Part shown: positions 1 to 11,425 of the stretch, one piece after another
Layout of the letters: the number at the start of each line of letters is the position of its first letter
Numbering within the stretch: the first letter of the stretch is position 1
From: Nageia nagi
Lineage: Eukaryota > Plantae > Pinophyta
Length of the DNA stretch: 64,000 nucleotides
Direction: 5' to 3'
Assembly (NCBI GenBank): GCA_050084985.1
Contig: JBITNC010000001.1
Coordinates: 90,396,001 to 90,460,000 of the forward strand
The notes under the pieces: model-generated
Databases searched by the model: none
What the model was told of the DNA's origin: nothing
What the model saw: only the letters and a program-made list of their open reading frames with translations
Made by a program: the position numbers and the translations under genes

Positions 1-372
1 TTGGAGGTTCAGAAATTTGAAAAACGTTTGGTTCAGTTGAATCACTTAAGGAAGAAAACATTTATTAGAATCTGTTCTAATAGTAGACTGTATATAAGAC
101 ACATGTCTCACTCTAATGTTGTACAACCTGCTCTGCAGATATTCATTTCAATAGAAGAATTACGGGTAGAGAAAGGAAATATACAACAATAATTTTAACA
201 CTGATCTTTAATATTCCTCAGACATTGTCTACTTGCTTGTGTATTTTCATCATTCTAAGAAATAACAACTACAGATTAGTATTAATCACTTCATGAAAAT
301 ACATGTCTTGAAATGTCAATGAAACCTTAAGAACTGTAGAAAGTAAAACTTCAGCTACATAGGATAACTAAC

Positions 373-403
373 CTGTATATACCTCTTCTACATCTTGTAA
401 TAT
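373..403 (-). CDS. LSM11: LSM11-like gene, internal exon (ILQDVEEVYT; end of Sm1 motif)
   Basis: Minus strand reads ttctgcag|ATATTACAAGATGTAGAAGAGGTATATACAG|gttagt. It is in phase after the 648-509 exon and gives the L-x-D-V-x-E-x-Y end of the Lsm11 Sm1 motif. An alternative donor would end the exon at 383. Later exons (Sm2) lie outside the window. Confidence 0.75.
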
Positions 404-508
404 CTGCAGAACTACAAAATGTATTATCAAGATAAACATGAAATTACCTCAAATACCATATTCTTTTCAATGGGTAAGAATTTTCAAATAGAGGTTTCAC
501 TAATGTAC

Positions 509-648
509 CATGTTCATATGGCAATCAAATGCATGCAGAAAGCCAATCAGGTTTCCTCTAACACCATGAGTGTGTCGGGTCCAGACTTGAACACGACCTC
601 TTTCTTGATAGCAGACAGAAAGATATCTTAGAGGACCTTTTGCCTTCT
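509..648 (-). CDS. LSM11: LSM11-like gene exon, Sm1 domain (EKAKGPLRYLSVCYQERGRVQVWTRHTHGVRGNLIGFLHAFDCHMNM)
   Basis: Bounded by ctgcag| and |gtacat; 140 nt with a phase-1 start matching the phase-1 end of exon 13624-13552. The peptide follows the Lsm11 pattern (PL..L..C.....V.V..R...G.RG...GFL.AFD...NM) rather than SmD2. Confidence 0.85.
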
Positions 649-896
649 CTGCAGAATAATAAAACATCAAAAAACATCCATACTGCAGCAGACTAACAGA
701 CCATACACACCAAGGCATTGAACAGGAAATGTTGAGTAAAATGAAGCCTAATACCAAAAACTATGTGAATCTCAGCAATAAAATATTTAACATTACAATC
801 AAGAATAACATCAAATAAAATTCTCAAAACAAAGACACGCTACCTTTGAATAAAATACAAAGTGTAATGGAAACCAAACAAAAAAATATATAATAT

Positions 897-1065
897 CCAT
901 TATCCAGATTTCAAAATAAAAAATTCTTGTAATTAGAGACATATAGACACTACCCCTCATGAAAAACCAAAGTCAAACTCTGAGCATCTTCCATCAGAAA
1001 GGCATAGCTTCTATTTGTTAAAAGAACAAACCTAACAGATTTTAACTTCTGCACAGAAAATTATA
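897..1065. repeat. ~165-bp host segment duplicated on both sides of the LTR element (left copy)
   Basis: ccattatccagatttcaaaat...gcacagaaaattata recurs with a few mismatches at 9634-9803. Confidence 0.9.
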
Positions 1066-1943
1066 ATAACCTAATTCTGAAATATTGCAAAACCCTGGCA
1101 GCAAACACAATATTTCTCCAAGAAAAATTTCTATTCTATAATGATAGAATTATGATCTAATAATAACTATAGAAAATTCATTCAAAACCCCACAATATTC
1201 AGGAAATCAAATCCATTCTTATTGAATTTTGAAATGAAATAGGTACAATGTAATGAATCAGCAGTACATGGCCTGAAATCTCCTTAATGATGAAAACTTC
1301 CAAAATAAAATAGTCTCCAAGCTGGCCGTTGGATGTAGATGATCAAATCTGAAGAATGATGTCACAATACATGCCCAAATATGGCTCCAAAAGGTGGATG
1401 GTTGGTGCCCCAAACTGTAGACACTGAATATGCTGTTCAAATTCTGCCCTAAGCCTTCCAATGGCTAAATATGCAATCTAGAATCACCAAGAACTGAAGC
1501 AATAATCACAACTGTAAACCCTGGGTAGGTTTACCTCATAGGAAACTCTAGGATTTTCGTCCTAGGTTTCTTAGCTAAGAGGCTCAAAGTTGACTCCTGC
1601 AGGTTTTCGTCCACAAAAGTAATCTCTTGTAGGGTTTTTGTTCTCTAGAGGTTAGGGTTTCAGCCTTCAGCCAAAAACACCAAGTACAAGAGAAATAATA
1701 ATCACCAATATCACATAAATGAGCCCCCTAGTCCCCTTTATATAGAAGAAATATTACAATTCTTCGTTGACTATTTACGAGGTTCCCATTAAAACTTAGA
1801 ACATAATATTATTTCTCCTAACACATGACCCTTATTTCTCCTTCTTATTAGTGTTATTTTTATTTTAGTATTTTCTTTCACTCTTAGGCACAAAACATAA
1901 AAATACAAATCACACAAGAGGGACTGAAAAATGGGACATTACA
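1062..1943 (-). repeat. 3' LTR
   Basis: Aligns to 4947-5603 plus 9424-9633. Ends ...gggacattaca and abuts the PPT complement aacccctccct. TATA box complement tttatatag at 1737-1745. Confidence 0.9.
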
Positions 1944-4200
1944 AACCCCTCCCTAGGATTGCTTGTCTTCACGCAATCAAACATAAACAAACCATGCTCA
2001 GTAGTAATACCAGGGTCCCAAACTAATCTGAAGAAACATTTGCACTGCTGCAATAGTTTTGACTCCATACACAAACCCTCAAAGAATACCTCCTTTACTT
2101 TGCTGATCACTGCCACTATTTGTTCTTCATTTAAAGTGCCAAGATACAAAGGAAATTGTGTATATAATTGCTCCCACTCTAACTTATCATAAGCCTTTGA
2201 ACTAATTTCTGAAACACAATAAATATGTCCATGTATATCACCGATCATCATAACCTGATCATTAAACACTGCCCCATGGAATGGAATAGCTATAACATTT
2301 GATGACTCCCAATAAATATCCAATGTTTTTCCTCTAACAATCTTCATAAATGCAACCACGAAGTTGAAAGAGAATGCAAATCCAAATTTGAGTCAAGAAC
2401 AATCCTCAACATTTGATTATCTTTTACCAATACATAAGTAATATACCTTGGAATATGAGTAAGAAACTCCTTGTATGCAACTCCTCTTTGTGTAGTAATA
2501 GAAACATCTAGCATAATAGAAGTATACACATCCCATACATTTGTAGCCAACACTTTCTGTCTATGTATCAATTTTCCACCAGCCAACAAATTAGCCCACA
2601 AAGATGTAGAGGCAGTCCCAAAATTTGCAATATTAGTGGGATTAAGCATAACAGAAAATTGTTCTTTATGTGCAGCCCCTGTATCAAATTTGGTGGTTCC
2701 CACTATGTAATGAGAAAGAAAATGATCATATTCAAATTGCTGGTCACTGTTTTCATTGTATAAACAGTCCATCCTCTTTTCATCATTACTCTCTAATTAT
2801 TCCCTTCGATAATCATCATGCATGCTTGGTTCCAATGCAATTAAACTTTGAGAATTTGATAGAACCCTTGTCACATAAAATGAGATGGGTACAAGGTGTA
2901 TCACTTACCTCTTTCAAATCTGAAACAATGCCATCTCTATTGGAAAATCCACTTCCCAACATCATTTTGATAGCTTCTATTTCTAATTTCATGTCTTCAC
3001 TACCATCATTTTCTTCATTAAACTTGGGCTCCTTACAATCATCAAATTTGAAATCACCAAAGTATAATGCTTCATCTTCATGGTCTTCACTATCCACGAG
3101 TAGGGCTACACAAAATTGTTACAATGCCATCAGAATTAACCTCATTCTTGTCAGTTGTAGCTTTTTCAATAATATCTTCATTGGTAGGGCTTAAAACAAA
3201 GTTGATAAATTCCGATTTGTTTTGAATATTTTCAGATTTACCTTCTTCAACCACGTCACTAGGTGTAACACTATCATCTTCTCCATTATTCTCAAAATTG
3301 AAAGAACTAGATGAAGTAATTACATTGCTGCCATGTAAATCAGAATTGTCCTTATTTGTCTCAACTTCATTGCAATGCTCTTGAGCTTGATCATTAAAGC
3401 TAATTGTGACAGGCCGGATAACTCCAAGATCAAAAAGCATTCTATTAGTGTAGAATATTGTGTAAATACAATTTGAAAAAGACTCTTCATGTTCACCTTC
3501 TTGGGTGACCTTTGAGATACATTGTAACTCCTCATATTCTACAAGAAATGACTCTCTAAATTCTAGCACACTCAAAGCTACGAATTTACTAAATATAGTA
3601 ATTATCTAATACTTTACTAACTATACCATAATCCCTAAGGATTAGGTGTCTAACAAATTGATCTTCACTAATTTCTATTTTTTTTCTTTACCTATTTTAT
3701 TTTTTCCACATACATGCCCATTACTCCAAGACCCTTCACATTTGAAACAAAATTGCTCCTTTCTTAATTGGGTTTTGCTTTTTTGTTTATGTTATGAGTT
3801 CTAAGGCTTTTTAAAATCTTTTTGCTACGTGTTTTCCTTATCCTTTCTTTGAGCTTTGTCTTCTTTTCTTGACTTTGGTGGAAATATAGATTTTGGTGGT
3901 GATCTTGGTAGAGAGCCTCCCTTACTACGCCATTTAGTTGCAAGTAACTTCTGAAAGAAAGATGCTTCCAGAATTCTGGTGCATCTACTTCTGGAACTCC
4001 ACTACCCAATGGCTGAATTTGCTCTTCTATTGAATTTATGTTTTGAAGTGTTGTGAAAATTTTTTATTCTATTTTGCCAATGAATCTGCATGTGTAATTT
4101 TCTTAGAATCTGAACTTTTATGACTTTGGGGAAATGTGTATTCTACCATTTGTTCGATTAGTTTCACCATAGCATCCCATTGCTCTAATTTAGACTTCAT
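1910..4200 (-). pseudogene. Frameshifted gag-derived/unknown ORF chain of the LTR element
   Basis: Near-contiguous minus ORFs 3764-4009, 3090-3575, 2816-3097, 2344-2772 and 1910-2359. Contains a CCHC knuckle, an acidic region, WEQLYTQFP (resembles a chromodomain end) and LVWDPGI near the PPT. Confidence 0.55.
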
Positions 4201-4933
4201 AGTGGCTTAAATGGAATGAATTTTTTAGCAAACCCTAAATCTATTGAAACCTGAAACACCCAAAATTGAAAATCTACAAAATCCTAGTTTTGCAATACCC
4301 AAAACCTAAAATTATTGAATTTGAAATAGCTAGAAACTTAAAACCCTGGATCTGATAATTCCGCAAAAACTTTTACTCAAAACCCCAATTCTGCCTAAAA
4401 TCCTCAAGTTAAAATTTTTTTGACTTGCCAAGATAATAGATCAAGACTTTTTATGCCCAAACATGGCCTTCAAACCTACAAATTTTATCTCCCAAGCCTA
4501 GACAACTTAGTCTAGGAATGCAATTTTTTTCAAAAAAATATCGTTTTGACCCTAAAATTGCTTTTTAAGTGCAAAACCCCTTGATCTACTAAATCACCCA
4601 AAAATCTCCAATACTCAGAAGCTAGAAACTGAAGATCTTAATTTTCCACAGCAAACTCTGACTCAAGATTCTAAAGAATACTAGATCTGATGAATGTAGT
4701 CTTGGATCTATGCAAAACAATATCATATCTACAAAATCTCCTTGTAATAATGATAGATCTATCAAATCTACTCAAAATAATATTAGATCTACTTGAGACA
4801 ATACTGGATCTGCTGGATCTATTCAAAATATAACTCGATCTATTGGATCTACTTGCAACAATGCTAGATCTACTCTAAATACTTGTGGATCTATTAGATC
4901 TGATGGATCTCCCCACATGATGGCAAGATCCAA

Positions 4934-4945
4934 GCTCTGATACCA
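4934..4945 (-). promoter_or_regulatory. Primer binding site, tRNA-iMet (TGGTATCAGAGC)
   Basis: gctctgatacca lies 1 nt from the LTR edge at 4947. Confidence 0.9.
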
Positions 4946-5960
4946 CCGTAATGACCTCACTCTGAAATATTGCAAAACCCTAGCAAACACAATATTTCTC
5001 CAAGAAAAATTTCTATTCTATAATGATAGAATTATGATCTAATAATAACTATAGCAAATTCATTCAAAACCCTACAATATTCAGGAAATCAAAGCCATTC
5101 TTATTGAATTTTGAAATGAAATAGGTACATTGCAATGAATCAACAATACATGGCCTGAAATCTCCTTATTGATGAAAACTTTCAAAATAAAATAGTCTCC
5201 AAGCTGGCCGTTGGAGGTAAATGATCAAATCTGAAGAATGATGTCACAATACATGCCCAAATATGGCTCCAAAAGGTGGACGGCTGGTGCCCCAAACCGT
5301 AGACACTAAATATGTTGTTCAAATCTTGTCCTAAGCCCTCCAATGGCTGAATATGCAATCTGGAATCACCAAGAACTGAAGCAATAATCACAACTGTAAG
5401 CCCTGGGTAGGTTTACCTTATAGGAAACTCTAGGGTTTTCATCCTCAAAGCTGACTCTTGCAGGTTTTCGTCTACAAAAGTAATCTCTCGTAGAGTTTTT
5501 GTCCTCAAGAGATTAGGGTTTTAGCCTTCAACCAAAACACCAAGCACAAGAGAAATAATAATCACCAACATCAAATAAATGAGCCCCCAAGTCCCCTTTG
5601 TTCCACATGATCAGGGAATGGGGAAACAGTGGAATAGGGGAAAAATAGGGTCATTTTTTGGAGAACGGTAAATATAATACTAGTAAAAATTATCAGAATT
5701 TTAACGTTTCCAATTCATTATTATTATAATGAATGATCGTATTATCAAATTTAATCATGTATACAAATTAAAAACATGAAATTTGAAATTAGAAATTTAA
5801 CTTCAAGACATAATCATAAAAAAAGGGTAAATCTGATAACAAAATCATAATGTCATAGGTTTGAAAGATTGAATCAAATACATAGAGGGGACATCAGTAT
5901 GTCGAATAAGTATATGAAAAACAAAATGAAAATACCAAAATAACCATTATAGTCTATGTC

Positions 5961-8564
5961 CTATGGCTCTATAGGCTCATGTGCTAATGGTTGTGTATCC
6001 ATATCCTCCTCATCTACTAAGCTCTTATCATCCAAATGAAGAGTATGCAATGGCAATCCAAACATCCACTCATCAGCCTCATCATCATCAGCCTCAAGCT
6101 GGCCTGCCTCCACTGGATCAATGTCCCAACATGCAGCTGGACTAGCCATATACTCTAGCGTAACTCTCTTACAAAGGCAAAGAGAGTTATGCACTGCAAC
6201 TAACTTCTCTGCTCTACGATAAGTAAGTCTATTCCTTTGGAGACTATGGATGAAGCCATAGGTAGACCAATTTCTCTCCACAGCAGATGAACTACCAACC
6301 TACAAACAATCATTCAAATTAGATTTCTCATTTTTGATTATGTGAGAATGAGAAATTTAAGATCTCAAACAATCATTCAAATTTCAAATTGACAAATAGA
6401 CTATAAGTCTATAATCACAAATGGCATCTACTATCCTAGGAAAGAAGCCTAATCGCAAGATGCTTCAAGTGTGGAGCATCATCTCCATATAGCTCCCACC
6501 ATCCAATGGGATCAGTTTGGGCAATGGTAGCTCTATCCTCCTTGCACTCTGGCATACTGAAATGAGGACTCTTCTCTAACTATACGGCCATCCTTTCTTG
6601 AAAACATCTTGGCAAAAAAGTTCATGAACCCATCTTTCAACTCAATATCATCATTAGGTGCCATTTTTCCAATGTTTGGTGCATACCATTTTGGGTTCAA
6701 CACATGAGCAGCCATATGCAAAGAGGTACTCATCTTATTCCACCTACAAAAAATTTAAAAAAAAAAATAATTTAATAAACTTAAAGACTAAAGTTAACAC
6801 ACCAAATTGAAACTAAAGTCAACAATCAACATTTGTTACCTCTTCTCTATGATCGGTTTAATATGGCTTTCATAAAAAGAAGGATCTTTGGCATTAATTA
6901 TTTTTTTCATTTCCCCAAGCATGCTATTGAAGGTCTCATATATCTCTCCTAAATTAGGAGAATCCGTATCAGCATACCTTATCACTTCAAAAACTAGGGA
7001 AATAAAAGATATTATGTACCTACATTCAATAAAAAAAGAGTTAAAAATCTTAGAACTAATTGAACGGTTACCTAGTAACCAATCAAACTTGAAATTCAAA
7101 CTACAATAGTGAAACTTTCAAACTTTGTTACCTGGCTTCAGCCCACCAATTTTCATCTAAGACTTTATCTCTAAGTCTTTTACCCTCCTGTGTTTGAGAT
7201 TCTGGCCACCTCTTCCATTCTACACAAACTACCATGGATTGTAGCGCCTCCTACACCTCAATCATCCTTTGCAATAGGATGAAATAAGTGGCATATCTCG
7301 TATCTATAGGTTTAAGAAACTCCTCCTTTGAGAAGGAGCAAAAGAGCGCCAATGATGTATGATGGTTGCAAATAAACATTTGCAAGTCTCTCGTTTCTGC
7401 AACCACATTCTTCATCCAATCTATTTTCCCAATGTCCTTCAATGCATGAACGCAACATGGGGTCCAAAAAATGTGCTTGTAAGTTCCCTCTATCAATTTT
7501 CCTACACACTTGCAAATAGAGGCTGCATTTGTAATTATTTGTACAAAAAAAAATTAAAACATTAAAATTTGGCATTTGCACAACAAAAAATTAATTTGAA
7601 AACTAAAAGCAAACTTAGTGAAGTGATTACCTGAACAACATTGGAGGATCCAATCTCCTCAATAGCCTCCTTCAATAGGAGAAACTAGAACTCTGCATCC
7701 TTCTTTTTCCCCGAGCAATCAAAAGCTCGAAGAAAATAAAGACCCTCTAAACATGACACCATTATATTGATGAGTGGACGTTAACGAATGTCAGTCCATC
7801 CATCCATAATAATGGAACATCCACTACGCACCCATGTAGCCTTCAACTCCTGCATCATCAAACTGCATCTAGTATACTGCTTCTCCAAAAGAGAAGTACA
7901 GAGTCTAGTCTCGCCAGGTAGTACATATGAAGGCCCAGCCAACCTTACTTCCTCAAATGCTGCCCTCAAGTAAGGTGAGTGTGCAAGATGAAAAGGCAAG
8001 GCATGTGCATAAAATAATTTGGCCACTGCATCATCAGCTCTCTCTTTCTGTTGCAAGTTTAATGCTTCAACTATATTTCCTCTTTTTTTGGAGGGGAATG
8101 TAGAACTTAGCAAGCTAGAAAAGAGTCCAATTTCTTTTTCTCTAGTTGATGAAGAGGAGGATACATGGGAGGCTTGGCTAGATTTAGGAATGGCAAGCCC
8201 ATGATTCTTAAGGTAAGCCTCTTGTGTAAGCCTACTATCTTCTGCAAACATAAATTTATTTATTTTTTTACAAACTCTCACCCTTGTCCCATGTTTATCA
8301 GTCAAATGTGATTCAACCCTAATATAACTCCCTTTAAATACAAATGTGACATTTATAAGTTCTTGCTCCCCCTTCAATTCTTTTTCCAACATCTAGGTTT
8401 GTGACAAATTGCAACAAAGGTTTAGGATTAAATGGCCATTTAGCAAAACCTTTTAACATTGTGGATGGGAAATCAAAAATTGATGTGTTTTCTTACTCAT
8501 TTTCAACTCCCATTTTTGTTTCTACCTCATAGCTTTGATTTTCTTCATCAACCTCACTACTCAT
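5961..8564 (-). pseudogene. hAT transposase pseudogene (intron-containing, with stops and frameshifts)
   Basis: Motifs in order: BED finger (GGARTYKCHIC..GSYIRVESHL..RVC), GCSIIMDGWTD, IFWTPCCVHAL, TRYATYFILL, LHMAAHVLNPKWY, ERNWSTYGFIHSLQRNRL..RAEKLV. Confidence 0.9.
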
Positions 8565-9180
8565 CTTGGTTTTTTTTTTAGAAAACAACTACAAGTAAAG
8601 TTTAACCTAAATAAGTAGAGACTGAGAAATAGAAAAACCTTGGATTGTGCTAGGTAACTTTTTTCTCCTCCTTAGCTTTTGTCCTCTACACTGTTGTGTT
8701 TCTTTTAATCCTTGCTCTCTTTCTCTTCCTTGCTATCTTTTTCTTCTACTATTGCATTTTTCTTCCTCCTTGCTCTCTTTCTCCTCTACACAATGACAAG
8801 TGATTACAAAATCACTTTTAGAGCACCTTTTTAGGGTTAGAGGGGGTGCAAACATGGGTTTTTTTGCTCATTTTCAACTCCCATTTATGTTTCTACTTCA
8901 TAGCTTTGATTTTCTTCCACAACCTCACTACTCATCTTGGTTTTTTTTTTTAGAAAACAACTACAAGTAAAGTTTAAAGTTTAAACTAAACAAGTAAAGA
9001 TTGAGAAACAGAAAAACCTTGGATTGTGCTAGGTAACTTTCTTCTCCTCCTTGGCTTTTGTCCTCTACACTGTTGTGTTTCTCTTCCTCCTTGCTCTCTT
9101 TCTTCTCTACACAATGACAAGTGATTACAAAATCACTTTTAGAGCACCTTTTTAGGGTTAGAGGGGGTGTAAACATGGGT
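8496..9180. repeat. Tandem duplication (~360 bp and ~310 bp copies) of the transposase start and leader region
   Basis: ctcattttcaactccc...gggggtg(c/t)aaacatgggt at about 8496-8858 and 8868-9180. Confidence 0.85.
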
Positions 9181-9633
9181 GGGGCCCATCATATTTTTTC
9201 CCCCGGCTTTCCTGGGTCTGGCCGCAGGGGGAACATTGGCCGTTCCCGATTTGGTGGACAACCGGGGAACATTTCCCCCATCCTAGGGGACGTCTCAATG
9301 ATGTCAACTAGCCATCTCCCAAAAAGGGAACGGCTGGGAAACGTTTCCCCGGGCGTTTCTAAAACTTGGGAACGTTGGGAACAGCTCCTCCAAGAGAGGG
9401 AACGCGTCCCCGTGGACCACGTGTTGTAATTCTCCGTTGACTATTTACAAGGTGCCCATAATAACTTAGAACATAATATTATTTCTCCTAACAAATGACC
9501 CTTATTTCTCCTTCTTATTAGTTTTATTTTTATTTTAGTATTTTCTTTCACACTTAGGCACAAAACATAAAAATACAAATCACACACACACCACACTATG
9601 TACACAATGGGGACTGAAAAACGGGACATTACA

Positions 9634-9803
9634 CCATTGTCCAGATTTCAAAATAAAAAAAATCTTGTAATTAGAGACATATAGACAGTACCCATCATGA
9701 AAAACCAAAGTCAAACTCTGAGCATCTTCCATCAGAAAGGTATAGCCTGTGTTTGTTAAAAGAACAAACCTAACAGAATTTAACTTCTGCACAGAAAATT
9801 ATA
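9634..9803. repeat. ~165-bp duplicated host segment (right copy)
   Basis: Begins immediately after the LTR end ...attaca and matches 897-1065. Confidence 0.9.
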
Positions 9804-10811
9804 GACTAACCTCTGATCAAGACGTTAGACATGTTTATGATGGATACAGAAAGCCATATAATAGAAATAAGTTATAACTATATTTTTCTTCATATATACT
9901 CTTAGCTTTTAGTGCCAAGTACTTTTGACATTAGCATGTATTACTCAATATTGTTTGTGGTAATGATGAATGCGCACTGCTAACTTGATCAATTAGATAC
10001 TTCAGATTAACGAGGGCAGCTGATCAATACTCTTTAAATTAATGATATATGTCTATGCCCATAAACAAAGCAAGATGTTCATCCAGGCTTGTGTTTAAAT
10101 GCAAATTAAGAAATTAGGATTGCAGATAATAAGTCATGAAGACACCAAGAATGCTAAAATAGTCATTGTTGAAAGGAAAATTTTAAACAAAATCCTCCCC
10201 TTAAATGAAGAATGTCAAATAAAACACTGCAAGAAGTCCCCAAAAGTTCAAGAATATTGAGCACAGTGAGGGAGCATGTGATATATTGGATGAAGCAAAG
10301 ACAACATAATATGAAAAAGGTGCAGCCACTAATTTTTAACGAGCAAAATATTACAGTTTCAATAGACATTCGCTTTGATTGTGATCTAAAAAATAAAGAT
10401 TATTGTAATGAACAATTTGTGTTGGACATTGTGATTAAATTTTTTTGCTATTCGAAATTTTTATCAGCCTCTTTGAAAAAACCAACATTTTTAACTTGTT
10501 TGCTATTTTACAGGGTCCTTTCTGTGTTTTAATCTTTCCTTTTCCTGGAGGATGGATTCTGGTATTGGACATACAATATTCAAACTCTATTTCGAGTGTA
10601 GTCATTAACAGCAGAGACATGAACGAAGAAGCACATAAAGGTCAAGGACTTATTAAATTTTTCAAGATATCTGGTACACAAGCATGCTGATGGCCAATAA
10701 TTGTAGAGGGAGAAATCAATCCATGACATAGCTCCCATTCTCAAGTGTTGTTTATCGTCTCCCACCTACAAGTCCTTAATGATGATAGTAGTAAAATTTG
10801 TACCCAAACTC

Positions 10812-11425
10812 TAATTCAGCTAGAGAAACTTCATCAAGACCAAGCACCAAGAATCAAGTTTTTGTAACCAACAATTAGCCTAATATGTACCCCAAGGAAA
10901 AGGTTATCAACATTGGGTTTGAAGTATCTGATGTCGAGTGTTAATCAGAGACCAAAGTTTACAAAACACAAGAAGCAATATCTTGCATAGCCACCCAAGA
11001 AGTATAAATCCCTAATAAAAATCCAATAATGAACATCTCCTTGGATTTGATTAAAACATGGAACTACAAATTCAAACAAGGAACAGGGCAAAGAACACCT
11101 GAATTTGGCTTTGATAATTCAGCTTGAGAAATGTCATCAAAGTTCATCAAAGACCAAGCATCTTGAAGCATGTTCTTTTAACAAACAGTTAAAGCTAGCC
11201 TGTTCCCCATGGAAAAGGTTATTGAAATTGGCATTGAGATATCTGATGTCAAGCATTAAGCAGAGACCAAAGTTCACAAAAAAATAAAAAGCAATATCTT
11301 GAATAGCCACCAAAGAAATATAAATCCCTAATAGAATCCAACAATGCACATATATTGAATTGAGACAAGCATGGAACTACAAATTTAAATGAAAAGGAAC
11401 AGAACAAATAACACCTGAGTTTGGC
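10812..11425. repeat. Diverged tandem duplication, ~300-bp unit x2
   Basis: aattcagct...gaacacctgaatttggctt at about 10812-11110 and 11114-11425. Confidence 0.75.

Larger units (their letters stand above)
5604..9423 (-). mobile_element. hAT DNA transposon (BED finger + DUF659 + hAT dimerisation type)
   Basis: Interrupts LTR homology. Imperfect TIRs: CACATGATC and reverse-complement CACGTGGTC. GGGAA/TTCCC subterminal repeats at both ends and a transposase pseudogene inside. Confidence 0.85.
1062..9633 (-). mobile_element. Non-autonomous Ty3/Gypsy (chromovirus-like) LTR retrotransposon with hAT inserted in the 5' LTR
   Basis: Two ~0.87-kb LTRs (1062-1943; 4947-9633 split by the hAT) with decayed TGTAAT...ATTACA termini. 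tRNA-iMet PBS at 4934-4945, PPT at about 1944-1954, and a gag zinc knuckle (FCFKCEGSWSNGHVC) at about 3708-3755. No RT, RNase H or integrase motifs recognised. Confidence 0.85.

Noticed and set aside
128-132. Possible 5-nt micro-exon (ctgcag|AGCAG|gttgta) of LSM11
   Set aside because: The donor is weak and it cannot be supported without transcript data.
500-757. The 85-aa ORF as a standalone gene, or as SmD2
   Set aside because: The N-terminal part is intronic (acceptor at 649-650). The GVRG..GFL segment and the upstream FDPL exon fit Lsm11 better than the highly conserved SmD2.
1258-5391. Paralogous ORFs 1258-1461 and 5182-5391
   Set aside because: Both lie within the two LTR copies, which explains their similarity.
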